IMG/VR virus record: IMGVR_UViG_2531839661_000010
Source of the DNA: a virus
Lineage: Duplodnaviria > Heunggongvirae > Uroviricota > Caudoviricetes
Reading direction: 5' to 3' (one strand)
DNA length: 44,444 nt
In this document: in pieces, positions 9,759 through 19,842 of the stretch
How positions within the stretch are numbered: position 1 is the stretch's first letter
How the letters are laid out: each line of letters starts with the position of its first letter
The notes under the pieces: model-generated
What the model saw: only the letters and a program-made list of their open reading frames with translations
What the model was told of the DNA's origin: nothing
The model's database searches: none
Made by a program: the position numbers and the translations under genes

Positions 9759-10100
9759 TCAACCATCAACCTTTTTACACGGGAAAGATCCGATGATTTT
9801 CGGCGCGTCCATGCTGTTCTGCAGCAGTTGGACATTCAGGAATCGCGTTTCGGTACTAGGGCGACGAATGTATTCAAAGCCGTAGTTGTTACCGTCTTTG
9901 GCAGGCATAAGCCCCATGTCTACTTTCAAACCATTGGTACCCAGTTCGGTGATTTTTTGAGAGGTAACTCTTTCACCGTTGATAGTCGATAACTCGCCCT
10001 GGTTTGCAACCATAGTGTAGCCACCGCATTTAACCGTGAAGCCATCCGCCCACGCGCTGCACGCAGAAAAGACAGCGAACAGAAAAATAATACCCCTCAT
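9759..10100 (-). CDS. Small secreted protein with signal peptide
   Basis: N-terminus MRGIIFLFAVFSACSAWA followed by DG (AxA signal-peptidase site; possible lipobox FSAC); start 4 bp after the upstream tail gene; hairpin downstream at 9734-9752. Confidence 0.5.
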   Translation of the reverse strand: MRGIIFLFAVFSACSAWADGFTVKCGGYTMVANQGELSTINGERVTSQKITELGTNGLKVDMGLMPAKDGNNYGFEYIRRPSTETRFLNVQLLQNSMDAPKIIGSFPCKKVDG

Positions 10101-10103
10101 TGC

Positions 10104-11165
10104 TCATCCCCTTTGCAAAGCCGATTGCGTATACAGATCCGCCGCGCCACGCGCTTCGCACATCATATCCATGTACCACGCCTGGCCCCTTGTGTCGCCA
10201 GTGTACATAATCCCGCGCACAATATAAACGCCATCCGTTGCGATGCTGGCAGGCTGCGATGTGGTGCCGCTTAGCGTAATATTTCCGTCCGTGTTCTGGT
10301 CGGTGATCTGCCCACCGGCCATCGCGATATCGTTATTCGACAACGCGGTACGATACACTGAAGCCTGATCCAGTTGAATGAGCCCGTTAACCCGGATGTT
10401 CGGATTAATAAGCGCGCGGACATTTACGCCGTTGCCGATGGTCTGCTGCGGCATGCCAATAAGCCCGGTAGCGCTGTTGAGCACAATCGCTTTGTGAATA
10501 TATTCATTATTCGCCACCATCTGGCGTTGACCGTCCACGAATTGCCATGTTGCGCCACATTGACCGGCTACGTTATCCATAAGATGCCGCGTCATGCCAA
10601 AGAGTACCCGCCCCCGGGGGAATACAGTAGCAGGCATTTCAGGCGTCAGGCCTTCAGTCGCGCCTTTGGCTTCGAAGTCTTTCATCAGCGCACGGTTCAC
10701 ATCAGCGACCGTGTAACCGGCAGCCAGCGTCTGTGAGGTTATACTGGTGGCAAAAGCCAGATCAGTATCTGCTGCCTGAATCAGGACGTAGGTATCAACC
10801 GGACTGTCTTTTCCTGTGACCGAGTAGCGAATTTCACCGCTGAAAATCAGTCCGTAGTTGCGGCCATCTCTCTGGCCCACGTCCGCCGCGTCAACTTCCC
10901 GCACGGTCCCTACGTCGCTTGCTGACACCTCCGGCGCGATACCGTCGTAACCGGCAATCAGACGCACTTTCGAAAATTCCTGCCCGGTGATTCGGTTCAC
11001 AGTATCTGCCGAGAGGTTATAAATTTTGATAGTCCCTACCCGGGACGCGCTGCTGATGTTGAACCAGTCGATCGTAAAGGTGACTTTGAAATCACTTAGC
11101 TCAATTCCCTGACCGTTCCCGTCCACAAGCTGCAGCTCGAAATGTCTCATCCAGTTCTGTGACAT
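10104..11165 (-). CDS. Tail/baseplate hub-like protein
   Basis: 353-aa ORF in the tail cluster between tape-measure-proximal genes and baseplate genes; assignment is positional. Confidence 0.4.
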   Translation of the reverse strand: MSQNWMRHFELQLVDGNGQGIELSDFKVTFTIDWFNISSASRVGTIKIYNLSADTVNRITGQEFSKVRLIAGYDGIAPEVSASDVGTVREVDAADVGQRDGRNYGLIFSGEIRYSVTGKDSPVDTYVLIQAADTDLAFATSITSQTLAAGYTVADVNRALMKDFEAKGATEGLTPEMPATVFPRGRVLFGMTRHLMDNVAGQCGATWQFVDGQRQMVANNEYIHKAIVLNSATGLIGMPQQTIGNGVNVRALINPNIRVNGLIQLDQASVYRTALSNNDIAMAGGQITDQNTDGNITLSGTTSQPASIATDGVYIVRGIMYTGDTRGQAWYMDMMCEARGAADLYTQSALQRG

Positions 11166-11167
11166 GC

Positions 11168-11470
11168 TTACTCCGTTGATACCAGTAAATGACTGCGGCC
11201 GCCCAGATCAGTTTTCGTGGGATAATCCTGTGTGTTGTCATCGCAGACCACCACCAGCTTAAAACCAAGCCCCATACAGGCGTACTGCGCCAGCAAGTCA
11301 GCACCAGTGACGAGAGGAATACCGGAGATTACCGGCTCCCCTCTGTCGTTCTGCAGGTCCATAATCCAGTAAAGATCGCGCCATATGATGCTAATCCGCC
11401 AGGTGACCCCCCCCAGGACGATGCTGAACTGCTGATTGTCCGCTGTCAGCGGAATTTCCTGAATTGTCAT
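11168..11470 (-). CDS. Tail protein (hypothetical)
   Basis: 100-aa ORF coupled within the tail operon. Confidence 0.4.
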   Translation of the reverse strand: MTIQEIPLTADNQQFSIVLGGVTWRISIIWRDLYWIMDLQNDRGEPVISGIPLVTGADLLAQYACMGLGFKLVVVCDDNTQDYPTKTDLGGRSHLLVSTE

Positions 11471-12057
11471 TATCCGCCTCCCAGTAATGACGCCACGTTA
11501 CCCGTGATGCTTTTCAGCAGTGAAGTATCTGGAGGCTTTGTGGTTTTGTTGCCGCTGTTCTGTACCGCCGACGTGCTGGCCCCTTCCTTCATGTTGGTTT
11601 TATCAGCAACGGTGATCTGCTGTGTCCGGGAGATAAGGACCTCCCTCAGGGTGAGGACGGCGGACAGGACGTTTTCGGTTGTCTTGTCCGTCGTCACTTC
11701 CAGCGCCCGGATCAACATGTTGCTGTACAGCCGTTTACCGGTTACCACATCGAAGGGGATACGGCTTTCCTGCAGATCCAGTAGCTCCTGATACGTCTGC
11801 TGAGGACTCAGGCCGAGCAGGCTGGTAGCCGTCAGGTTACTGGCAAAATCCAGCAATGCGCCGCCACCGGCGAAACCAACCTCCATCACCACTTCTGACG
11901 GTTTTTTATAGGCATGATCAGCGACAGCAGCCCCGACCTCTACCGGATGCTCTGTTATTTCAAGCATATCTGTATGCTTCTCTGAAATAACAACACTGGG
12001 AACAATCATTCCTATTTTTCTGCTCTGCTGATGAAAAAGTGTAGAGAGAATATCCAC
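11470..12057 (-). CDS. Tail protein (hypothetical)
   Basis: 195-aa ORF immediately downstream of the tape-measure gene, stop/start adjacent. Confidence 0.4.
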   Translation of the reverse strand: MDILSTLFHQQSRKIGMIVPSVVISEKHTDMLEITEHPVEVGAAVADHAYKKPSEVVMEVGFAGGGALLDFASNLTATSLLGLSPQQTYQELLDLQESRIPFDVVTGKRLYSNMLIRALEVTTDKTTENVLSAVLTLREVLISRTQQITVADKTNMKEGASTSAVQNSGNKTTKPPDTSLLKSITGNVASLLGGG

Positions 12058-14045
12058 TAACCCACCCTCACCTGATTACTTCGCATGACCTGAGCATTTG
12101 CAGACTGTTGCCGACGTGCAACCTCATTACCGACAGCGTGCGGATCTCCGCCACCGTAAATGTGGTAAGTATTTTGCTGGTTAACCTCTGTCACTTTGCC
12201 ACTAATTCCCGCCACGGCAGCCTTATTAATCAGCTCTCGAGAATAGATATTTCTTCCATTTTCATGCTGGATAATGCTGCTCATCAATGCTGACATGGTT
12301 TGCGGATCGCTCATATTCAGGGCAGCCCGGGGATCCACTCCCAGTCGTTGCGATACAGCCCTGATATACGCAGTTGTGTTGTTATTATCAGACGCAGGTG
12401 CCCAGGTAGAGATAATTTTCTCCACGCTGTTTATTCCACGTCCGGCGTACAACATTAACTGACGAGCAAGAGCCCGTAATCCATCAAAAGCAGTTTCAAA
12501 TCTGGCAAATCGCCCGCCCGGGCGTTCAAGAGAAGCCCCTGCCTGACCAGCAAAATTAAGGTTTCCCGGATTGTTATTCCGTTCTCCTCGTTTTGTAGCC
12601 TGTGCATATTGTTCCGGCTCATCATCACCAAACCAGCCGCGTACCGTCCGGCCCACGCTGCGAGGATCGAATCCCCAGTGCTCTTTAATCCAGTCGGCAG
12701 TACTGTTAGCGCTGTCTGTAACCATCGGCATCGCTGACGGATTTTCGCTGCCCTGATTAAGTATCTGTTTGCCGATGCTGACGGCATCAGCCCAGCAGCC
12801 ATCTTTGATAGCGTTGAGCAGGTCGGCGATCATGTTCAGCATTTTGCTGAATTCGCCCATCTGGTCGATGAAGTTGCTGAAATCCCACTTCAGGGACCAT
12901 GATTTGGGGTCAATATTGAGCAGTTTCGCCAGCGCTTTCGCCAGTTCATTAACAGACCCTTTCAGGTCACGAACCATCTTCAGCGCGGCATCGACCTCCG
13001 GCTTCCACTTGCCCCAGTCAATCAGGCTGTCGCCGCCTTCCTTCCAGGTCTGATAGTCCTCCCACAGAAGGGCAATCCCCGCCGCCAGCGCGGTAATGAG
13101 GCCAATCGGCGACATCCAGAACGTACTGTTCAGAATGCGCAGCGCAATCGTCAGCGCGCCAAACAGCGAGATGAGCTCCCGCGTTTGCTTATCCAGCGAT
13201 TGCCACCAGGTGATGAGGCCTGATGTTCCTTCAATCAGTCTGAAGAACAGCCGCACGATAATATCCCCGAGCGCCAGAATGCCTTTTATGGCTTTCGTCA
13301 GGGTCTGCTCGATACGCGGGAAGTTGTCCAGGATATGGCGGCGCAGAGTGTCCAGCGAACCCGCAAGCCCACCCGCAAGATTAGAGCCGATTTTGTCACG
13401 GGCCATGCCTGCCATCGCGCCAAACTCACGCAGGGAGGTCATAAATTTGTTGGAGCTTCTGGCCGCCTCGTCAGCATTGAAGCCGATAGCTTTCGCCATT
13501 GCGCTGTACTGCCCGGAGAAACCACCCACACCCCGGCGCATCGCCATAAGGGTATTTTCGTCAATGCCCAGCATCTGCGCATACTGGTTAGCCCGGTAAT
13601 ACGGCATGCCGCTGAGCTTCTGTCCTACACCTGTAAAAATAGCGGCCATGTCACGCATGTTACCGCTGGCATCCCGTGTCTGTACCCCCAGACGATTCAG
13701 AAATCCCTCAGCCCCGGGGTTATTACGGATAAAACGGGCAAGGCTCTCCAGTGACCCGCGCGCAGCGTCCACGCTGCCGCCAACCTGCGAAACCGCATAG
13801 CCAATAGACTGAATCCCCTGAACCGTCGCGCCGGTGCGCTGTGACGCCCAGTAGAGATTATCCAGACCGGAGGCGATCTTAGCCGTGAAGGCCACCACGG
13901 ACAGCGCAGATCCTTCAACAGCCAGCCCCATTTTGATGACATTTGCAGTTGTACCGGAGAGGACAGAACCGAACTTTTTCGCTCCTGCATCATCCACACT
14001 GAAGCCAAGCGAGACGAGGAAATCTTTAATAGTTTCAGCGTTCAT
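12057..14045 (-). CDS. Tail tape measure protein
   Basis: Longest gene in the tail cluster (about 660 aa), Ala/Gly/Leu-rich helical sequence, directly downstream of the chaperone frameshift region; ATG at 14045. Confidence 0.7.
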   Translation of the reverse strand: MNAETIKDFLVSLGFSVDDAGAKKFGSVLSGTTANVIKMGLAVEGSALSVVAFTAKIASGLDNLYWASQRTGATVQGIQSIGYAVSQVGGSVDAARGSLESLARFIRNNPGAEGFLNRLGVQTRDASGNMRDMAAIFTGVGQKLSGMPYYRANQYAQMLGIDENTLMAMRRGVGGFSGQYSAMAKAIGFNADEAARSSNKFMTSLREFGAMAGMARDKIGSNLAGGLAGSLDTLRRHILDNFPRIEQTLTKAIKGILALGDIIVRLFFRLIEGTSGLITWWQSLDKQTRELISLFGALTIALRILNSTFWMSPIGLITALAAGIALLWEDYQTWKEGGDSLIDWGKWKPEVDAALKMVRDLKGSVNELAKALAKLLNIDPKSWSLKWDFSNFIDQMGEFSKMLNMIADLLNAIKDGCWADAVSIGKQILNQGSENPSAMPMVTDSANSTADWIKEHWGFDPRSVGRTVRGWFGDDEPEQYAQATKRGERNNNPGNLNFAGQAGASLERPGGRFARFETAFDGLRALARQLMLYAGRGINSVEKIISTWAPASDNNNTTAYIRAVSQRLGVDPRAALNMSDPQTMSALMSSIIQHENGRNIYSRELINKAAVAGISGKVTEVNQQNTYHIYGGGDPHAVGNEVARRQQSANAQVMRSNQVRVG

Positions 14046-14222
14046 TATCCTCTCTCCATTTCTCAATGCGCCGCTGGTTATCCGCTTTTACCGCCAGATG
14101 GTCATTCAAGAGAGCAATGTCGTACAAATCGACAGAGCCATCTTTAAGTGCTGTATAAGGAATTAACCCGGCGTCAACCGGATTGAGAAGGTAGGACAGC
14201 CCGTCCGGCAGGCTGTTAAACG

Positions 14223-14675
14223 TCAGCCCTGTTGCAGGCTCTGTGTCGTGCTGGTAAGGGGTGTAGGCAAAAAATTTCCCAGTGAATCGGCGACCACCCG
14301 CGCCACCAGCTGCAGCATGGTTAGCAGGTCGATATCATCGAACATCAGCTGACCGCTGTTGAATACCGGTGTCCATCCGTCCATGTGCTTACGTGACACT
14401 ACGGCCAGGCAAGGATGAATAATCGCGTTGGTATCTTCTTCAGTCAGGGAAGACAGTTCCTCAGCGATACGCGGGAGCATGGCTTCAAACACCGGTTTTA
14501 ACTGCTCGAATTTCACGGTGTCGATTTTGCCGTCAGCAGGCAAACGGGAGCGAATGCTCCCGAAATCTGACATCATTCCTGCCAGCACAGGCAGAAGTTT
14601 GCGGGTCACTTTCAGCTGATCAAAAACGCTGAGTTTTGCCGCGCGATATTTCACGCCTTTGATTTCGAATTCCAT
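14223..14675 (-). CDS. Tail assembly chaperone (short form)
   Basis: 150-aa ORF between tube and tape-measure genes; contains a slippery site feeding a -1 frame that runs to the tape-measure start. Confidence 0.55.
   Translation of the reverse strand: MEFEIKGVKYRAAKLSVFDQLKVTRKLLPVLAGMMSDFGSIRSRLPADGKIDTVKFEQLKPVFEAMLPRIAEELSSLTEEDTNAIIHPCLAVVSRKHMDGWTPVFNSGQLMFDDIDLLTMLQLVARVVADSLGNFLPTPLTSTTQSLQQG
14266..14280 (-). other. Candidate -1 programmed ribosomal frameshift site of the tail chaperone
   Basis: Minus-strand GGGAAATTTTTTGCC gives A_AAT_TTT and T_TTT_TTG heptamers in the zero frame; the -1 frame is open from here to a TGA at 14035-14037 overlapping the tape-measure ATG. Confidence 0.5.
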
Positions 14676-14678
14676 GTA

Positions 14679-15119
14679 TTAAAACTCCCCGAGAACCTGG
14701 TCAATCTTGCCGCAGTCAAACACCCACGGCATCGTATTACCGGTTTTAGCGTTGGCATTATCCGGTTGTTTCTGGAACGCAACACTACGTGCCGTGATGA
14801 TGTCGCCGCTGACCTTGTTTCGGATCACAATAACGTTATTCCCCCATGTGGCAGAAGACTGGCTCTGTGCGTTATACGCCAGCGACAATTTTTTATTTGT
14901 CGGTGATGTCTTCAGAAGGTTAACGGTAATCGTCCCGCTTTTATCTGCATGGAGACTGTGCATCACTTCGCCATCAGCACCGATGGTCATGGTGTTTTTA
15001 GGGCCGCCCATCGCAACCACAATCCCCTCTTCAGAACTTGCAGAACCGTACCCGAGGTCAATCGAACCGGTCGGCCCGGTCAGCGTCGCAGTGACATCCA
15101 TAAAAGAATAGGTAGACAT
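14679..15119 (-). CDS. Tail tube protein
   Basis: 146-aa ORF between sheath-like and chaperone genes; positional. Confidence 0.5.
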   Translation of the reverse strand: MSTYSFMDVTATLTGPTGSIDLGYGSASSEEGIVVAMGGPKNTMTIGADGEVMHSLHADKSGTITVNLLKTSPTNKKLSLAYNAQSQSSATWGNNVIVIRNKVSGDIITARSVAFQKQPDNANAKTGNTMPWVFDCGKIDQVLGEF

Positions 15120-15129
15120 TCACTTCCCC

Positions 15130-16275
15130 TTAGCGAACAACGTTAATCTGTACGTCAGCGTAATGAACCGCGCCTGCAAGTTTTATTGCAGCCTGAATCA
15201 CCGGAGCCTTACGGGCTTCACGTTCTGATTGTGCCTGTTCATCCAGCGGCTGGGCGTATACGTAATAACCTTTGGGCAGCGTGTCACCTGATGACAACTG
15301 GCCAAGGTCGCCCCCGTTCCATACGCCCGGAGCAATCAGTCCATTCTGAACGGCCTGATCCAGTGATTTTTCAACATTTGATAACAGTCGGGTAATACCG
15401 GCTTCAGTCTGGGGAACCTTCGTGGTGCTGGTATAAAGCAGGTTATAGAGGTTGGTCTGCACATAATTCTGTAACCAGTCCAGGCCGTGGCGTTCATCAA
15501 AGAAATCGCCGTTAGCCATCACTCCCTGCTGGAGGATAGCTGTATCATTCTGGTAGTACACGAACACATTGCAGTTTTTTGCATCAAGTGCCGATGCCTG
15601 GCTGACTGTCAGTGTTTCATACCCGACACCCGGCTCCTGCTTAAACTTGAGCGTAATCGCGGTATTACTGCCATTGAAATTAACCGTGAATGCCCGGCCA
15701 AATGCAGATAACGCAGCGTATTTATTACCCGATGAATACTGAATAAAACTGCGTGAATATCCGGCGGTTTTCAGTTTTGATGCCAAATCATCGCTGGATG
15801 CAGTCTGCAGGCATTTCTCATCGCTTGTCGTAATCGCCAGAATACGGCTTACAGAAGAGGATTCGATCGCCGCAGCCACTTTCAGCCAGTCTGCATCCGG
15901 AATATCTGCATCGTCTGCAATCCCCAGCCCATACCATGAAGTATAATCAAGCATGGCATTCACAGCCTGCTCCAGCGTCTCAGGCGTGGCCTGTTCGCTG
16001 TCTCCCTTCGTTTTCACCCAACGACCAACAAAAACCTCCTGAGGTTTCGGTGATTGTGAGAAAAACACCTGCGCAGCCTTATACTCTGGTGATTCCACGC
16101 CAAAATCTTTTCCAATATCTTCCGCGGCAGAATAACGGCGAATGCGCTCACTTACCGGAATGATTGTGGACGGGCCGAGAATGAGTAATGCACCAAAATT
16201 TCGCCCTGATGCTGCACGCGGCGACATGATCACATCAACATTAACAACGTTTGATACAGGCAAGCCCTGTGCCAT
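15130..16275 (-). CDS. Tail sheath protein
   Basis: 381-aa ORF immediately upstream of the tube gene in a contractile-tail gene order. Confidence 0.5.
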   Translation of the reverse strand: MAQGLPVSNVVNVDVIMSPRAASGRNFGALLILGPSTIIPVSERIRRYSAAEDIGKDFGVESPEYKAAQVFFSQSPKPQEVFVGRWVKTKGDSEQATPETLEQAVNAMLDYTSWYGLGIADDADIPDADWLKVAAAIESSSVSRILAITTSDEKCLQTASSDDLASKLKTAGYSRSFIQYSSGNKYAALSAFGRAFTVNFNGSNTAITLKFKQEPGVGYETLTVSQASALDAKNCNVFVYYQNDTAILQQGVMANGDFFDERHGLDWLQNYVQTNLYNLLYTSTTKVPQTEAGITRLLSNVEKSLDQAVQNGLIAPGVWNGGDLGQLSSGDTLPKGYYVYAQPLDEQAQSEREARKAPVIQAAIKLAGAVHYADVQINVVR

Positions 16276-16278
16276 AGC

Positions 16279-16845
16279 TTAATCTCCGAAAAAGATGACT
16301 GGTGCTTCCACCAGCGATTTAATACCGTACTCGCGCACAACCTTCCGGCGCAGACGCACCGTCATATCGTAGCGGCGGACCCATTGCTGATTAATAAGTT
16401 CAGGGAAGGGAGTCAGACCTGTGTAATCGCCAAGAGACAGCCCCAGCGCATTCAGTGCTGCGTTGTTCTGCGGTACAGATATACCGTCACGAAACCGGGA
16501 CGCATACACCATCCCCGCCGGACCATAAAACGAAGCCATACACTCAATCGTTTCATGCCGCCAGAGCTGAGAGCCATCATCGGTCTGTCTGGTGAATGCC
16601 GGACTGTCATCACCTGACCATCCGATAACCCCAAACGCACACCAGTTCGTTTCAGCCGGTAGCAGTGGCGGCTGCTCTTTCTGCCAGCGCGGGCGAACCA
16701 TCCCGGCAGACAGACCGGAAACGTTACGCATCCACTGGCTTAACATCCTGTCGAGCGCTTCGTCATAATCCGGATCGCCACTGGTTGGTATTAACCATCC
16801 GCGCTCTGTACTGGTGTTATTGCTCAACCGGAGTTCCCCCATCAA
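16279..16845 (-). CDS. Virion completion / head-tail joining protein (hypothetical)
   Basis: 188-aa ORF coupled within the structural operon. Confidence 0.35.
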   Translation of the reverse strand: MMGELRLSNNTSTERGWLIPTSGDPDYDEALDRMLSQWMRNVSGLSAGMVRPRWQKEQPPLLPAETNWCAFGVIGWSGDDSPAFTRQTDDGSQLWRHETIECMASFYGPAGMVYASRFRDGISVPQNNAALNALGLSLGDYTGLTPFPELINQQWVRRYDMTVRLRRKVVREYGIKSLVEAPVIFFGD

Positions 16846-17206
16846 ACGGCATCAACTCACAATGCGCCTGAACGAATCCGGCCCCATAAGTTGTATACGG
16901 GTCGACGAAGGTCACACGATAATCACGGCCCTGATACGTCACGATATCGGCATCACGGCCAGTCTGTCCCTGCGTCAGTCGCTCAGTCGTCACAATCAGA
17001 ATTGCACCGCTGATTACCTGCCCTGCCTGCATACGGCGGTTTTCCAGAGAGCGATCAACAGTTACGACTCCGGCAAACTGCTTTTTAACTTCACTGTCGC
17101 TGCCGATCCCGTCCTCATCCACCGTTTGCACACGGCGTGTTACCCACAAATTGAAGTCGCAAAAATCGGGGTCAAAAAGCACATCTGTTACATCAAGAGT
17201 CGGCAT
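16817..17206 (-). CDS. Virion structural protein (hypothetical)
   Basis: 129-aa ORF coupled within the structural operon. Confidence 0.35.
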   Translation of the reverse strand: MPTLDVTDVLFDPDFCDFNLWVTRRVQTVDEDGIGSDSEVKKQFAGVVTVDRSLENRRMQAGQVISGAILIVTTERLTQGQTGRDADIVTYQGRDYRVTFVDPYTTYGAGFVQAHCELMPFDGGTPVEQ

Positions 17207-17747
17207 CTTTATCCCTCACAACATGGGTAATAGCTCTGCGATATTGCCCGGTATCAATTAATGGTTTCGCCAGTTCGGTTCCCGGAGATTCGCCAGCAGC
17301 ACGCCGGGCAAGTTCCAGTGTTGCCCCCTTGCGCCCCCGACGAGCCCGGGCTTCAACAGTGCTGTCAGCAAGCGGCGTAAAGCCGGTAATGGTCATGTAA
17401 CGCCTGACGCCATTAGCGGCCAGCGTTCCGGCACGGTTGAGTGCGCGTTCTGCTCCCGCAGCATTACCATCAAGTGCAGCCTGCGCCGCGGCTTTGAGCT
17501 GCGGCACCGTCTGCTCTTCTGCCGATTTAACGCCGGGGACCAGGTGAGGTCGTGGCGGGATGTTCTGCTCTGGTGAGCCGTATTCGTTGAGGTAACCGAT
17601 GCCCGCATTACCAAACGGAACATCATCCCGCCCGCTGTCTTCCGAAGGGATGCCGACCAGCACATCTTTTTTGGTTAACGACCTGAGCGCATCCAGAATG
17701 GCCTTAGCGTTATCCACCCTCGTTGTTACACCGCTTTTGAAACTCAT
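17193..17747 (-). CDS. Virion morphogenesis protein (hypothetical)
   Basis: 184-aa ORF coupled within the structural operon. Confidence 0.35.
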   Translation of the reverse strand: MSFKSGVTTRVDNAKAILDALRSLTKKDVLVGIPSEDSGRDDVPFGNAGIGYLNEYGSPEQNIPPRPHLVPGVKSAEEQTVPQLKAAAQAALDGNAAGAERALNRAGTLAANGVRRYMTITGFTPLADSTVEARARRGRKGATLELARRAAGESPGTELAKPLIDTGQYRRAITHVVRDKDADS

Positions 17748-18151
17748 AGCTGGCGACCGCCTGCACCGAACATCGTGATCAACTGATAAAATTCAGCGCC
17801 ATATCGGGTGTTATTCCAGAAGCCTGCATCAGGATTCAGCGTCGCGCTGATGTCATAACTGACACTTACCTTGTCAACGGACTTTGAGGACTGAACACCA
17901 TTGGTTGAGCCGCCAGGGCCACCAGCCAGCATCGCCCTGCTGTCAGCCGCCCAGAGCGTCATGTAGTGCACAACGAACAATCCGGCAAAGTACGGAAACA
18001 ACTTTTTGCCGGTGACGTTTTCGCTCAGCAGTTCATCTGCCAGATTCAGACGAAACTGGATTTGCGCTTCGGGATATTTGGCAGGGTCAGCAAACTGCGG
18101 GAAGTCGCGGCGAAAATCACTTACCGCTGGCAGGCTTTGATTCTTTGGCAT
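17744..18151 (-). CDS. Head-tail connector-region protein (hypothetical)
   Basis: 135-aa ORF, stop/start overlap with neighbours. Confidence 0.35.
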   Translation of the reverse strand: MPKNQSLPAVSDFRRDFPQFADPAKYPEAQIQFRLNLADELLSENVTGKKLFPYFAGLFVVHYMTLWAADSRAMLAGGPGGSTNGVQSSKSVDKVSVSYDISATLNPDAGFWNNTRYGAEFYQLITMFGAGGRQL

Positions 18152-18338
18152 TTTTTACCTCGTTACGCGCGTCTGTGGCTTTGCCAACGGATACTTCCGC
18201 GTGCGCACGAGTGAACCAATGCGTGGCAACGTCTTCCTCCACAGCATGACGGCCTTTAACAAACTCGCGCCGTGAACCGTCGGGAAGCGTGAGCACAAAC
18301 GGGGTATGTACGTGTATTACTGCATTATTTTTTGCCAT
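18117..18338 (-). CDS. Small structural-operon protein (hypothetical)
   Basis: 73-aa ORF directly downstream of the major capsid gene. Confidence 0.3.
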   Translation of the reverse strand: MAKNNAVIHVHTPFVLTLPDGSRREFVKGRHAVEEDVATHWFTRAHAEVSVGKATDARNEVKNAKESKPASGK

Positions 18339-18379
18339 CGGGTCATCCTTAATGGCCCCGCCAGGGGGCCATATGGCTG

Positions 18380-19321
18380 TTAAATGCCATCAACGTACGA
18401 AATGGTTTCTTTGTACACTGGCTCGACTGCACCCAGCTTGCCGTAGTAAGTGACGATCTGATACAGACCGCGATACTGCACCGGCACGCTCTGAAGCGGA
18501 ACCAGCGGGTAGCGGACGTATTTTTTATCGTTGGTGTACGCAACCATGCGATCCTTTTTCCCCACACCACGGCCTTTCAGCCATTTAACCGCGCGGATAT
18601 TCAGCGGAACACCGTTCTGGTGATAGCTGATGGTGTTGGTCTGAAGATACGTCAACAGGGACTGGTTACCCGCAGATGAAACGATGATGCTGGACAACAG
18701 AGCAAACTGCTCAGGCGGGATCAGCAAATCACGCGGAACCACAGAGTAACCGGAAGCGGCCCACGCATCAGACAGCGCCTGGTTAATGCTTGCGCGGATT
18801 TCGTCCGGTGTTGAGGTTGCCCACGTTTTGGCAGCGTTGTTGACAGGAACGCCGTCCAGGGTAACAAGGCCTTTCAGGTTTAATGCGGAATCGCCAACAT
18901 ATACCTGTTCATCGTTATCCATCTGCCATTTCAGTTGCATCCCGTCATACTTCTGCGTATCGATCGGGCGTCCGACCTGCTGAGCAGCCTGCAATTCTAT
19001 GACCGTCCAGCCAAGTTCCATCCCCCACAGGTTCAGCGGGTTACCGGATTTGCCGATATCCACGTTCACGCCAGCAATAGCGCTTGAGTCTTTGCCTACC
19101 CAGTTTTTGCCATTCGGATTTGCACCAGTACCTGCAGCGGCGAAGCTGGTATTCGTCCAGCTGGAAATGTCATCTGCGATGGAGACATCTTCACGCAGTT
19201 GGATATCGCGGGTCCAGGTGTACCCCACCAGTGGCAGGTTCAGTGTCTGGTCGAGTCGTTCCAGCTCCCCGATGAGAAAGGCACCAGAGCTGTCAACGGT
19301 TGCCTGATCAAAAGTAATCAT
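18380..19321 (-). CDS. Major capsid protein
   Basis: 313-aa ORF downstream of protease/scaffold-like and accessory genes, in the usual major-head position. Confidence 0.6.
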   Translation of the reverse strand: MITFDQATVDSSGAFLIGELERLDQTLNLPLVGYTWTRDIQLREDVSIADDISSWTNTSFAAAGTGANPNGKNWVGKDSSAIAGVNVDIGKSGNPLNLWGMELGWTVIELQAAQQVGRPIDTQKYDGMQLKWQMDNDEQVYVGDSALNLKGLVTLDGVPVNNAAKTWATSTPDEIRASINQALSDAWAASGYSVVPRDLLIPPEQFALLSSIIVSSAGNQSLLTYLQTNTISYHQNGVPLNIRAVKWLKGRGVGKKDRMVAYTNDKKYVRYPLVPLQSVPVQYRGLYQIVTYYGKLGAVEPVYKETISYVDGI

Positions 19322-19332
19322 TCGTCTGTTCC

Positions 19333-19839
19333 TTAAATCTTCCAGGAAATTTCTGCATTGCCGTCAGCATCACCGGCACCTGTGAATTCAGCGTTGGTCA
19401 GCACCACATTTTTGCCACTGACTGACGTGGACATGAATCCACCCAGCGGCACTTTGATGGATTCATCAGTGGAGACGACAACGTATACCGGGTCGCCTTT
19501 TTTGATGGTGCTGGCATCAAAATCAGAACCGAGATTAACGGTCACGTAGCCACGCTTCATGGCGTCGCCCGGGAAGTTCTTGCCACTCCCCACCTGGCGA
19601 ACCATGTCCGGCTGCGAAGTGGTCGGATAAGGGCGCACGTAGATCCCCTTCACCTTGTCTGCGGTATCACCATCTGCCAGCGGCACGAAAAAACCGTCAT
19701 CATCGTATTTACCAGCCAGCCCATAGGCAGCGAAGGCGTTATCGGATTTAAGGACCACCGGTTCGACGGTTAAGTCCTGCGGGCGAGAGACAGCCCCGGC
19801 AATGCCAACAGGCATCCGGTACAGAAATACATTATTCAT
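19333..19839 (-). CDS. Head accessory / decoration protein (hypothetical)
   Basis: 168-aa ORF between the protease/scaffold-like gene and the major capsid gene. Confidence 0.35.
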   Translation of the reverse strand: MNNVFLYRMPVGIAGAVSRPQDLTVEPVVLKSDNAFAAYGLAGKYDDDGFFVPLADGDTADKVKGIYVRPYPTTSQPDMVRQVGSGKNFPGDAMKRGYVTVNLGSDFDASTIKKGDPVYVVVSTDESIKVPLGGFMSTSVSGKNVVLTNAEFTGAGDADGNAEISWKI

Positions 19840-19842
19840 TTT

